NCBI GenBank assembly: GCA_951406725.2
Contig: OX597842.1
Coordinates: forward strand, 4,154,001-4,218,000
Direction: 5' to 3'
DNA: 64,000 nt
DNA from: Octopus vulgaris
Taxonomy: Eukaryota
Part shown: positions 53,720 through 64,000 of the stretch, one piece after another
Layout of the letters: the number at the start of each line of letters is the position of its first letter
Numbering within the stretch: position 1 is the stretch's first letter
Notes under the pieces: model-generated
What the model saw: only the letters and a program-made list of their open reading frames with translations
The model's database searches: none
What the model was told of the DNA's origin: nothing
Position numbers and translations under genes: made by a program

Positions 53720-54945
53720 GTGGTATAGGCGGTGGTGTGTAGCAGTAGTGGTGGTTGTAGTTGTAGTCAGTGTTGTGGTGTTGTACAGGTGATTGCTAAT
53801 GTTAGAAGATCTGGTGCTTCGGTGGTAGTGACAGTGGCATTTGCGGTGGTGGTGTTGGTATAGGCGGTGGTGGTGATGGAGTTGGTGGTAGTGGTGATTG
53901 CGGTGGCTGTTGTGGTGGTGGTAGTGGCTTTGCTTACTATGTTGGCGGCGCTGACAGTAGTAGTAGCAGTGGTGGTGGTAGTAGTAGTAGTAGTAGCAGT
54001 AGTAGTAGTAGTAGCAGTAGCAGCAGTAGTAGTAGTAATAGTAGTAGTGGCGCTTACAGCATAGGTGGTGGTGTCGGTGGCAGTGGTTGTAATTTTGGTG
54101 GTAGTGGTGGTGGTTGTGGTAGTAGTGTTGCTTACTATGTTGGCTCTGCTGGTAGTAGTTGTAGTAGCGGTGGTAGTGATAGTAGTAGTGGCGGTAGTTA
54201 TAGTAGTAGTGGCGGCAGCAGTAGTTGTGGCAGTAGCAATGGTAGTATAGTGGTGGTGGTGGTGGTGATGGTAACGGTGGCAGTAGTGGTAGTAATTGTA
54301 TTAAAGGTAGAGGTAGTAGTACAGGTGGTTGTGATGATGTAGTAGTTAGTGTGGTAGCGTATTGTGTCACTGTAGTGGTGACATTGTTCACTATGCTATG
54401 CTGGTGGTGTAGGTTGTAGTGGCGATGGTGGTAGTACGGGGGGGGGATAGTGCTTTTGAAGATAGTTGGTAGTTGTTGTAGCGGTTGTAGTGTTCGTGGT
54501 GGTGGTGCCAATAGCAATAGTTGCTTACAGTGGCGGCAATAGTATTGTGGTGATGGTGGTTGTGATGTAGTCACTGTTGTAGTAGCGGTGGTATTGACAT
54601 TGTATTAGGTCAGCAAAGATGGTTATCAGCAGTAATAGGGGTACTGGTGGTGGTGGTTGTCATAGTTACGGCTGTGGTGGTTATGTAGCAGTGGTGGGGG
54701 GCGAGGTTGTTGCCATGGTGGTGGTGGTGGTGGTGGTGGTGGTGTCTGTGCTTTTGCGGTGGTTAAAACAGTGAAGGCAGCTGTGATTGCGAAGAATGAA
54801 GAATTCCACCGCCGCCGCCACCACCGCATCACCATTATCATAATTGTCATCATATTCATCGTTACCGCCACCCCACCACCACCATCTTCATCATTATCTC
54901 CACCACTGCCCTCATCACCATCATCACCATCATCACTACCACCAT
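53720..54945. repeat. (GGT/GTA)n low-complexity tract switching to (CCA)n
   Basis: Directly visible; source of the 311-aa His/Tyr pseudo-ORF. Confidence 0.9.
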
Positions 54946-54964
54946 AAGAGCCGCCTATATGGTC

Positions 54965-55164
54965 GCTAGACCTACTAAACATAGCAGCCAAATTTCCCTC
55001 AAATCATTGTTTTAATTAAAGGAGTGGCACATAAGTTAATGTAGTCCTAGATGGACAATGTCCGAATAAAAGACACGAAGATTGACACAAGTGGAACATC
55101 TTTGATCGCGGGTTTGCTGCATCTGGATGGACCAGGGATTGAACATCAATAACTTCAATAAGAG

Positions 55165-55195
<31 letters not shown>

Positions 55196-55700
55196 CACCA
55201 CTACTACTACTACTACTACCACCACCACCACTACTACTGCTGCTGCTGCCGCTTCTACTACTGTAGACATTAGCTGATGTAGTCCTAGATCCACTATGTT
55301 TGAATATAAGATGGGATGGTCACAGCTGGAACATCTTTGATCATAGGTCGACTGGATTAGGACAGGCCTGGGCCTAAGCAACAACAACAACAACAACAAC
55401 AACCATAACCACTAATACAGACTACAATACTGTACATTAGATAATGTAGTCCTAGATCCACTATGTCTGAATATAAGATGAGATGGTCTCAGCTGGAACA
55501 TCTTTGATCATAGGTCTGTCTGGATCAGGACTGGCCTGCGGTTAAACAACAGCGATTATAGCCAGTAATTCTTCTATAGAATACATTATATAATTTAGTC
55601 CTAGATAGACGACACTATTTGAATATAAAATGGGATGGTTATAGCTAGAACATCTTCAATCAGAGGTCTGCAGGATCAGGACTGTCCAAGGGCTAAACAA
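54965..55700 (-). repeat. Four-unit array, an inverted relative of 28655-29560
   Basis: GGGATGGTCACAGCTGGAACATCTTTGATCATAGGTCGACTGGAT is the exact reverse complement of the unit core. Confidence 0.88.
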
Positions 55701-56240
55701 GAATCATCATTTTTATAGTCACTCAATGATTGTGGTATGTGCACTAGTATATATGGTATTTGCTGTGCAGGCGACAGAGACAGAGAATAATAATATAGCA
55801 ATTCTTTGTAAAAGGGCTGCAATTCTGGGGGAGGGAGAGTCGTTTATATGGACCCAGTAGCTAACTGGTACATTATTTTATCGAACCCGAAAGGATGATA
55901 GGCTAAGTCAATCTCGGCGAAATTTGAACTTAGAAAAAGAAATGCCGCCGCTATGCATTCTGCCCGGTGTGCAAACGGTTCTGCCAGCTCGCCGCATTCG
56001 ATAAAATAATGTACCAGTTAGCTACTGGGGTTCATGTAAACGACTCTTCCACCCCCAGAATTTCAGCCCTTCTACAAAGAATTGCTATATTATTCTCTCT
56101 CTCCCTCTCTGTCGCCTGCACAGTCAATACCATCTACACTAGTGCACAACCATTGAGTGACTATAAAAATGATGTTTCTTATTTAGCCCTTGGTCAGTCC
56201 TGATCCAGCAGACCTCTGATTGAAGATGTTCTAGCTATAA
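55639..56240. repeat. Inverted duplication with ~245-bp arms and a ~110-bp spacer
   Basis: 55639-55885 is the reverse complement of 55997-56240, including non-repeat sequence. Confidence 0.9.
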
Positions 56241-56267
56241 TCGATGATGATGATGATGATGATTTGA

Positions 56268-57117
56268 AGTTTTGGCACAAGACCAAGTTCGGAGGAGGGC
56301 GTAGATCATTTACATCGATACTAGTGCTCAACTGGTACTTATTTTATCCATCCCCAAAAGGTAAGGTCGACCTCGGCGGAATTTGAACTCAAAACGTAAA
56401 GACTAATGGAAATGCTGTTCAGCATTTTATCTGGCGTGCTAACAGTTTTGGCAATTCACCGTTTTAATAATGATTTCAAGGTTGGAAGTGGATGAATCGA
56501 TTACATTGACTCCAGTGCTCAACTGACACTTATTTTATCGAATCCTAAAGGATGAAAGGCAAAGTCGACCTTGACGGAACATGAACTCAGAACGCAAAGA
56601 GGAACGAAATGCCGCGAAACATTTTGTACAACCCTCTGACAATTCTGCCAGCAAGCCGCCACAACTTTCTACTATCAGGCCTATGCCTGAAATTTTGGGA
56701 GTAGTGGGGCTAGTCGATTACGTCGACTCCGGTGTTCAACTGGTACTTATTCTATTTAGCCCGAAACGATGAAAGGCAAAGTCGACCTCGGTGGAATTTG
56801 AACTCAGAACGTAAAGACGGACAAAATGCCGCTAAGAACTTTGCCCAGCGTGCTTAACGATTCTGCTAGCTCGCCGCCTTCAATAATAATAATAATAAGA
56901 AGAAGAAGAATTTCTAGTCTAGGCACAAGGCCCGAAATTTTGGGGGGGAGGGGGCAGTCGATTAGATCGACCCCAATACGCAACTGGTACTTAATTTATC
57001 GACCCCGAAACGATGAAAGGCAAAGTCGGCCTTGGTGGAATTTGAACTCAGAACATGAAGACAGACGAAACATTGCTAAGGATTTCGTTCAGTTAACGAT
57101 TCTGCCAGCTCACCATT
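56268..57117 (-). mobile_element. Four tandem family B SINEs
   Basis: Four GAACTCARAAC B-box complements (~56386, 56583, 56800, 57044). Confidence 0.8.
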
Positions 57118-57159
<42 letters not shown>

Positions 57160-57881
57160 GTTTTTCTTTATTGGCCACAAGGACCGAACACAAAGCAAAA
57201 AGGGACAATATTAAACAAGGGACGAGTGGGGTTTAACATAAAATAATAAGAAAGAAAGAAAAAGAAAATGGTGGAAGTAGAAGGCAAGATGGCGGAAGCA
57301 GTGGTCTCTGTGTCTGTGGGGTGGCTGAGGTGTGGATTTGGGATTCGTGTCAGTGGGGTGGGGTGGGGGCCCCCCGAATGCACAACGAGTGCACAGTAAG
57401 TGCAATTGTGATGTAACAGCGTGCAGTTTTCATTTTCTCCCTTCTTCTTTCGTTTTGTCTTTTACGACAAATTGATACGGTTAGACTTGTGAATGAATGA
57501 ATGGACGGTCGGTCGGTCGGGTGGTGCGAGTTCCGGGTGGAGGTGGGTGCAGTTAGGATGAACAGAGAGAGGGTGGGGGTGTGTTGTGGGCTGGATAAAG
57601 TTGTAACGTATGGAGTGGGGAAGTAGCGAAGGGGATATTACAATGGAAAGCAAGAGGTGTGTGTGTATTTATTTTAGTGTCTTGTGTGTGCATCTGTGTG
57701 TATGTGTAGAAAGGTGTGTGTATCTATGAATCGAAAAGTGTTGTCTGTATACCTGCGTGTGTATGTGTGTTAGTGTGTATGCGTCTAAGTGTGTATTTGT
57801 GTGTATGTATGTGTGCGTGCGTCTACGTTTGTGCGCGCACGTGTTTTTGTATTCTTTTGTGTATATATGTATCCACGTGTA

Positions 57882-57920
<39 letters not shown>

Positions 57921-58358
57921 CTGGTGAATGAATGTGGCAGATTTGTGGGAGTTGCGGGTAGAAGTGGGTACATTAAGATAAAAGGGAAGGGTGTGCTTGT
58001 GTGCGCGTGTTCGCGCATGTGCGTACACAGAGAAGTGAAAGTCGGTTCGGATTTGCGGGTAGAGGTGATTGAGTTAAGATGGCGGAAACGATTGTGTCGG
58101 TGTGAGTGAGTGGGGAGTATTAGCGGTTGGTAGAAAATGTTTTTGTTATTGTTACTTTCATACCAGTTGAAGACTCCTATGATCAAAAGCATTCTCACCG
58201 TGACCATCCCGTTTTTTTTTCCTGTATTGAGAAGGCATCCGAGGATTGTGACAGACAGAACATCTTTATTGATTGATAGACAAAAGTAGATTTTCCGTTA
58301 CGTATGAAGTTAGACTGATAAAAGCCACAACAGAGATAGACTGAAAGATAGACCAACT

Positions 58359-59094
58359 CGGATGTTCTCAACCATTTTTTTTATCTATGGACTCTTTCGA
58401 TTCCTATTTTATTTTGGCAGACACCACCACCATCGCCATTCTATGTTTGAAAACTAGGCGCAGGAGTGGCTATGTGGTAAGTAGCTTGCTAACCAGCCAC
58501 ATGGTTTCGGGTTCAGTCCCACTGCGTGGCATCTTGGGCAAGTGTCTTCTGCTATAGCCCCGGGCCGACCAATGCCTTGTGAGTGGATTTGGTAGGCGGA
58601 AACTGAAAGAAGCCTGTCGTATATATGTATATATGTGTGTGTGTTTGTGTGTCTGTGTTTGTCCCCCTAGCATTGCTTGACAAACGATGCTGGTGTGTTT
58701 ACGTCCCCGTCACTTAGCGGTTCGGCAAAAGAGACCGATAGAATAAGTACTGGGCTTACAAAGAATAAGTCCCGGGGTCGATTTGCTCGACTAAAGGCGG
58801 TGCTCCAGCATGGCCGCAGTCAAATGACTGAAACAAGTAAAAGAGAGAAAGAGAGATATAAAATGTTCTTTAAAAATTCCTATTACGTTTTTCACTCATC
58901 GTCTAGGTTGAACTATGTAAAATATTGGAGAAAGAAACCCAGCTGTTTCTTGTACATTCCAACACATCTAAAGCAAAATTTCTATGGTCCCTTAAAATAC
59001 TTCTGTCGATCCCCAGTTTACTATTTTGTTGTGGGCTCCTAAAAATCTTCCATGGATCATCAGGAGCCATATGGACCCCGGTTGAGAGCCACTG
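58359..59094. mobile_element. Old hAT-like MITE interrupted by a full-length family A SINE (58456-58850, plus strand)
   Basis: Termini CGGATGTTCTCAACC / GGTTGAGAGCCACTG; the TSD is poorly preserved. The SINE itself is near consensus. Confidence 0.6.
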
Positions 59095-59265
59095 GACTGA
59101 CAGATAAATTGATCGGAGATAGTCCATCAGTTTGTCGGTCTATCTTTGTTCTTCTGTCAGCCTGAGAGAAAAGGATAGACCACCATAAAGACAGAGGAAA
59201 CAGAAATAGACCGATCAAAACCTTGCGAGTAGAATTGCTAGACAGAAACTGAAAGAAGCCCCTCC

Positions 59266-59297
<32 letters not shown>

Positions 59298-59298
<1 letters not shown>

Positions 59299-59456
59299 TT
59301 TTTTTCTCCTTGTTTTTTTTTCTGTGTCCCTTTCTGTAGAAGAGCATAGGCTCGAAACGTAAAAGACTTTTCCTATTCCTGAGCGTTATACTAATACATC
59401 TGTTTGTTTTGTACACCACCTGTCTTCGTCTTTTGTCTTTTTCGTAAACCCTCCCT
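59298..59456 (+). mobile_element. Short (TA)n-embedded element carrying a hammerhead-like motif (probable Penelope-like terminus)
   Basis: Sits within the internal (TA)n of a family A SINE; contains CTTT-CTGTAGA-A-GAGC atag GCTC-GAAAC-GTA-AAAG. Confidence 0.5.
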
Positions 59457-60225
59457 ATATATATATATATATATATTTGTGTGTGTTTGTCCCCCCTCCA
59501 CTATCGCTTGATAATCGATGTTGGTGTGTTTACGTCCCTGTAACTTAGCGGTTCGACAAAAGTGACCGACAGAATAAGTAATTGGCTTACAAAGAATAAG
59601 ACCTTAGGTCGATTTGTTCGACTAAAAGCAGTGCTCCAGCATGACTGCAGTCAAATGACGGAAACAAGTAAAAGAATAAAAGAATATGTGTGTGTGTGTG
59701 TGTTGTCTCTGTATGTATTTGTCCCTCTCCACCAGTTGACAACTGGTGTTAGTGCGTTTACGTTCCCGTGATGTAGCGGTTCGACAAAAAGGACCGATGG
59801 CATAAATATCGGGCTTTACCAAAATAGTATGGAGTTGATTCGTTCCCGTTAAATTCTTCGAGGTGGTGCCCCAGCATGACCGCAGTCTAATGAATGAAAC
59901 AAGCAGTGTGTGTGTGTGTGAGATACATAGAGAGACAGACGGACTTGCAGAGCGACAGACAGACAGACAGAGCAGTCTTTGAAAATATGCTGTATGTTAA
60001 AGTTTGAAGATCAGAGACAGTAATGCTGAAACGCTGGGATTAACAAGAACTAATCCGATTAACTCCCCTGTTCCTCGTTCTCCAATCTTTCTCTGTGACT
60101 CCGTTTTTTTTTTCCTCCTTTCCTACCTCCTCACACTTATACATATATATATTTCCCTCCTCTTCCCCTCTCTCTCTCTAAATCTCTCCCCACTTGTAAT
60201 ATATTTGTCTCTCTCTCTCCCTCCC

Positions 60226-60290
<65 letters not shown>

Positions 60291-60407
60291 TGTTTGTAGT
60301 CTCACTAAAGATCAATGTTTGGTTCGCTTTCTCGTCTTCGCTATCATACAAACTTTATCTTGTCATACATTTACTCTCTTTCTCTCTCTCTCTCACACAC
60401 ACACACA

Positions 60408-60464
<57 letters not shown>

Positions 60465-61258
60465 ACGTGTGTGTGTGTGTGTGTGTGTGTGATTGCTTAG
60501 AACTAACAGTAGAAATATTACTCAATACTTGAGCAAATATACCTGTTCTTTTTATTTTTTTAAGCAGCAAAGCTCTCTCTGTCTCTCGCTCGCGCGCGCT
60601 CTTTCTCTTTCCCTCTGTCTCCCTCTTGCTCTCTATCTCCCTCTTGCTCTCTATTTCTCCTCTCTCTCCTTCTCTCCCTCTCTCGCTTTCTCGCTCTTTC
60701 TTTCCCCCTCTTGCTTTCTCTTTCGCTTGCTTTCTCTCTCTCTCTATTTTTGCCATTTCGATCGTTCTTATGTCTCTAAAAGTCTTCCACTTTTGCATTT
60801 CTGTTTCTGCTCAACTTGTTGACGATGCTTTTCATTATTATTGTGATGATTATGGCGACACGCCTTGACCGGGGGTGGGGGAGGCCTACCTATCTCTGAC
60901 TAAAAGCAGCAGCATCTGCAAATCCAAATAGATACATTCTTGTTTAAAATTCTATACATAAAACTTGTTTATGCAAATAATAAGACACACTCACACACAC
61001 GCACACGACCTGACCTTTCATGAGACGAGCAGGAATCGCAATCAATGTTATAATATTCTGCAATCATATTTATAGTCGTAATGTATCTGAACTATATAAT
61101 ATTGAAACGACCGGAATAAAGGAATAAATGCAAGATTACAATTACCGACATTGCTTTATATATACACGTATGTATGTATGTATGTATATATACACGTATG
61201 TATGTATGTATGTATGTATGTATGCATGCGTGTATGTATGTCTTTTATCATTTACTTA

Positions 61259-61318
<60 letters not shown>

Positions 61319-61514
61319 ACACACACATCTCCCTTCAAACTTATGACATGGACATGACACACACGAAACTTTGAGTCACGGCTAACTGAGTCAAACTGTT
61401 ATTAGTACGTGTAACTCCAACCAAATCTGTTGATTACTACTTTCTTTTCGTTTGCTTCCTCTTGTGTAAATGTGTGTACACATACACATATGTATCTATC
61501 TACCTATATATACA

Positions 61515-61860
61515 TATATAAAAAAAATGTTCAGAATGAGATAAAAAACCAAGGTTGTGAAGATTTTAGAACATTTATAAATGGAAGGTCTTACAGCTGT
61601 TTCCAGGATATCTCTTATCCCTTCATCGGAGACGGTATGAGAAAATGCTTAAGCAATAGTTAATTTAGATAAGAGAATGAGGTGGAGGAATGAAAGTAGA
61701 TGTGAGATATGCAGGGATATTGCATTTGTAAATCAATTATTTAGGCAGAATGGTATACATATAAGATTCCAATAAGATTAAATGGTATTTAAAATTGGTC
61801 ATTCCAAGTATAGAGTTTATACACAGTGCTATTGAATCGTGGGTTTTATTTATTGTATTA
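61515..61860 (-). mobile_element. Penelope-like element 3' end (GIY-YIG C-terminus plus hammerhead-bearing UTR)
   Basis: Minus-strand SILGMTNFKYHLILLESYMYTILPK resembles the IL ... LESxxI ... P.LN end of PLE endonucleases. A hammerhead-like motif follows at 61588-61633. Confidence 0.65.
61588..61633 (-). ncRNA. Minimal type I hammerhead-like motif (one core substitution)
   Basis: GTCT-CCGATGA-AGGGATA agaga TATCCTG-GAAAC-AGCT-GTA-AGAC. Confidence 0.65.
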
Positions 61861-61867
61861 AATAGTA

Positions 61868-62188
61868 CCACTGCGTGGCACCTTGGGTAAGTGCCTTCAA
61901 CTATAGCCTGTTGTAGATTTGATTGACGGAAACTGAAAGAAGCCCATTGTATACATATATTTCTGTGTGTGTATCTTTGTGTCTGTGTTTGCTCCCACCG
62001 TCGTTTGACAACCGGTGTTGGCGTGTTGTTTACGTCCTCGTAACTTACCGGTTCGGCAAAAGAGACCGATAGTATAAGCCCCAAGTTTAGAAACAAAACC
62101 AAAGCACTGGGAACGATTCATCCGACTAAAACTCCTTCAAGGCGGTGCCCCAGCATGGCCGCAGTCTAATGACTGAAACAAGTAAAGC
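61868..62188 (+). mobile_element. 5'-truncated family A SINE
   Basis: Runs from CCACTGCGTGGCACCTTGGG to GACTGAAACAAGTAAAG. Confidence 0.8.
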
Positions 62189-62385
62189 ATAATGTATACA
62201 TACATAGTTTCTATTTATCAAATCCACTCACGAGGATTTGGTAGATTCGAGGGTAAAAGACATTTGTCCAAGGAGTCGAGGAGTGGGACCGAACCCGAAC
62301 CCGGAAGCACGTAGTTTGCAAAGGAAGCTTCTTAATCGCCCAGCCGTTTCTGCACCTCTTTTTACTTGTATTACGTTTTCACTGC

Positions 62386-62417
62386 TGACCTGAGGCGAGG
62401 TCAAAGGTGAGAGGTTA
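62386..62417. promoter_or_regulatory. Candidate composite nuclear-receptor response element (ER6 + DR1 + DR1)
   Basis: TGACCT-gaggcg-AGGTCA-a-AGGTGA-g-AGGTTA in unique sequence; motif match only. Confidence 0.4.
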
Positions 62418-63888
62418 AGCTGGCTTCAAGCAGGAACTTTTCTCCCAAGTCCAACGAGATTTAAGTCTCTAAGCTGGTTTATCTGTCGAGCGTTCTTTTA
62501 AGCAGACGCTTAAACGTGACTCATTAGCTAGACACGGCTTCTGTTGCTTCGGTATCTGTGCGTGGCGAATGTATACGTTCATAAATATATATACACAGCT
62601 AATATATAAATAATAGATATTTGTACGTTTATATAGGTATTCGTGACTGTGTATATTCTCTCTCTCATATACACACAAACATATATACTATACACACTCA
62701 CACACACACATATATATATAAATATGTGTGTGTGTGTGAATGTTTAAAAATTTGACTTCTTAAAGTTTTTGCACGCGCCTATGTATTTATATATGTGCGT
62801 GTGTGTGTAATAAACGTACTTTTTTTTTCTAAGCGATAGGCATATAATAGGCATATAATATACAATGTATACTTAATTATATACACGCAATGATACACAC
62901 TCACAGACATACACACACACATAAACACATGCACAACACATCCCCATCTGTACGCACGCACGCAAACATATAGTGAAGAACAGAGCTAATGTATATTTGT
63001 CGGAAGATGCATGTATATATATACACAGATACACACATTGTACATATGTGTGTACTTTATATACACACATATACACGTGCGCCTCAAAACGAAACGAAAC
63101 CCTCTTAAGAGAAGAAAAAAATATATCGCCATCACTCGTACCCCTCCCACCCCACCCCACCCCCCCGCCGGCATATCAAAGGAACTGCTTAAGAGGTGCA
63201 GGAAACAAGTGCACCGCGGTGCAACGTGGATGGTGTAACATCTCTTAACAAGCTGAGTGCGCACTTGTTAAATCGTTTTCGGGGGTAGGGATGCGGTGGG
63301 TGTAGGGGTAATGTAGTGAATGGGCGCGAGTGGGGGGTAAGGTTAGTGGTGGTGGTGGTGCTGCTGTCGCTCACAATTGGTGGTAATTTTAGTGTCGATG
63401 GTGATGGTGATGATGGTAGTGGTAGTGGTGGTGGTGGTGGTTCTAGTATTCGTAGTTATGATGTTGATAGTGTTGGTGATGATGATGATGATGACGGCAG
63501 TGATAGTCATGCTGCTGATGATGATGATCCTGGTGGTAGTAGCGGTGATGGCTGTTGGTGTTTTTGTGTGGTGGTGGTGGTGGTGGTAGTGTCGCTAACA
63601 GTTGGTGGTAGTTCTAGTGGCGTTGGTAGTAGTGGTGGTGGTGGTAACGAGAGTGGTGTTGATGTCAGTGGGAGTTGTAGTGGCGATGGTGACTGGGGAT
63701 TATAATAGGGTAGGGGTGGATATGGTTTTCGTGGCTGCTTCAGTACTTTTCAGTGCTTAACAACAATAATAGTTTATAATGTAGAAAATATGTGCCTGTG
63801 TGTGTGTATTGTATGTATGAATATATGCATGCATGTGTGTGTGTTAATATATATCCTAACGTGTGTAAATGTGTATGTATATATATGC

Positions 63889-63924
<36 letters not shown>

Positions 63925-64000
63925 GTGTAAATATATGTATATGCATTTAAGTATTATGTAAGTGTGTATATATGTGGGTATATAGATATATATATATAAG

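Noticed and set aside
53639-54574. 311-aa His/Tyr/Pro-rich ORF (similarly 27708-28136 and 63316-63705)
   Set aside because: Product of degenerate trinucleotide repeats, with no domain or splice support.

Overview
This is eukaryotic, AT-rich, repeat-saturated DNA, most likely from an octopus or other coleoid cephalopod (inferred from my recollection of its tRNA-derived SINE families, not from a database search). It reads like a gene desert or a very large intron. I recognise no host protein-coding exon, and nearly all ORFs in the supplied track are translations of microsatellites. The recognisable coding remnants all come from transposons: a DD37D (maT-type) Tc1/mariner, a mosaic of DD34D-type mariner pieces, two restriction-like-endonuclease LINE 3' ends (R4/Dong-like and HERO-like), an RTE 3' end and two Penelope-like (GIY-YIG) fragments. 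There are also dozens of SINEs, mariner and hAT MITEs, a Helentron-like element, three minisatellite arrays and a ~1.5-kb tandem duplication. The most notable pattern is a set of about seven sequence-unrelated minimal hammerhead-ribozyme-like motifs, most of them in short fold-back elements at or near (TA)n tracts. Other candidates are a ~250-bp-arm fold-back, a pri-miRNA-like hairpin, and several unusually dense transcription-factor motif clusters in the few unique islands. All coordinates were read by eye and are approximate to a few bases.
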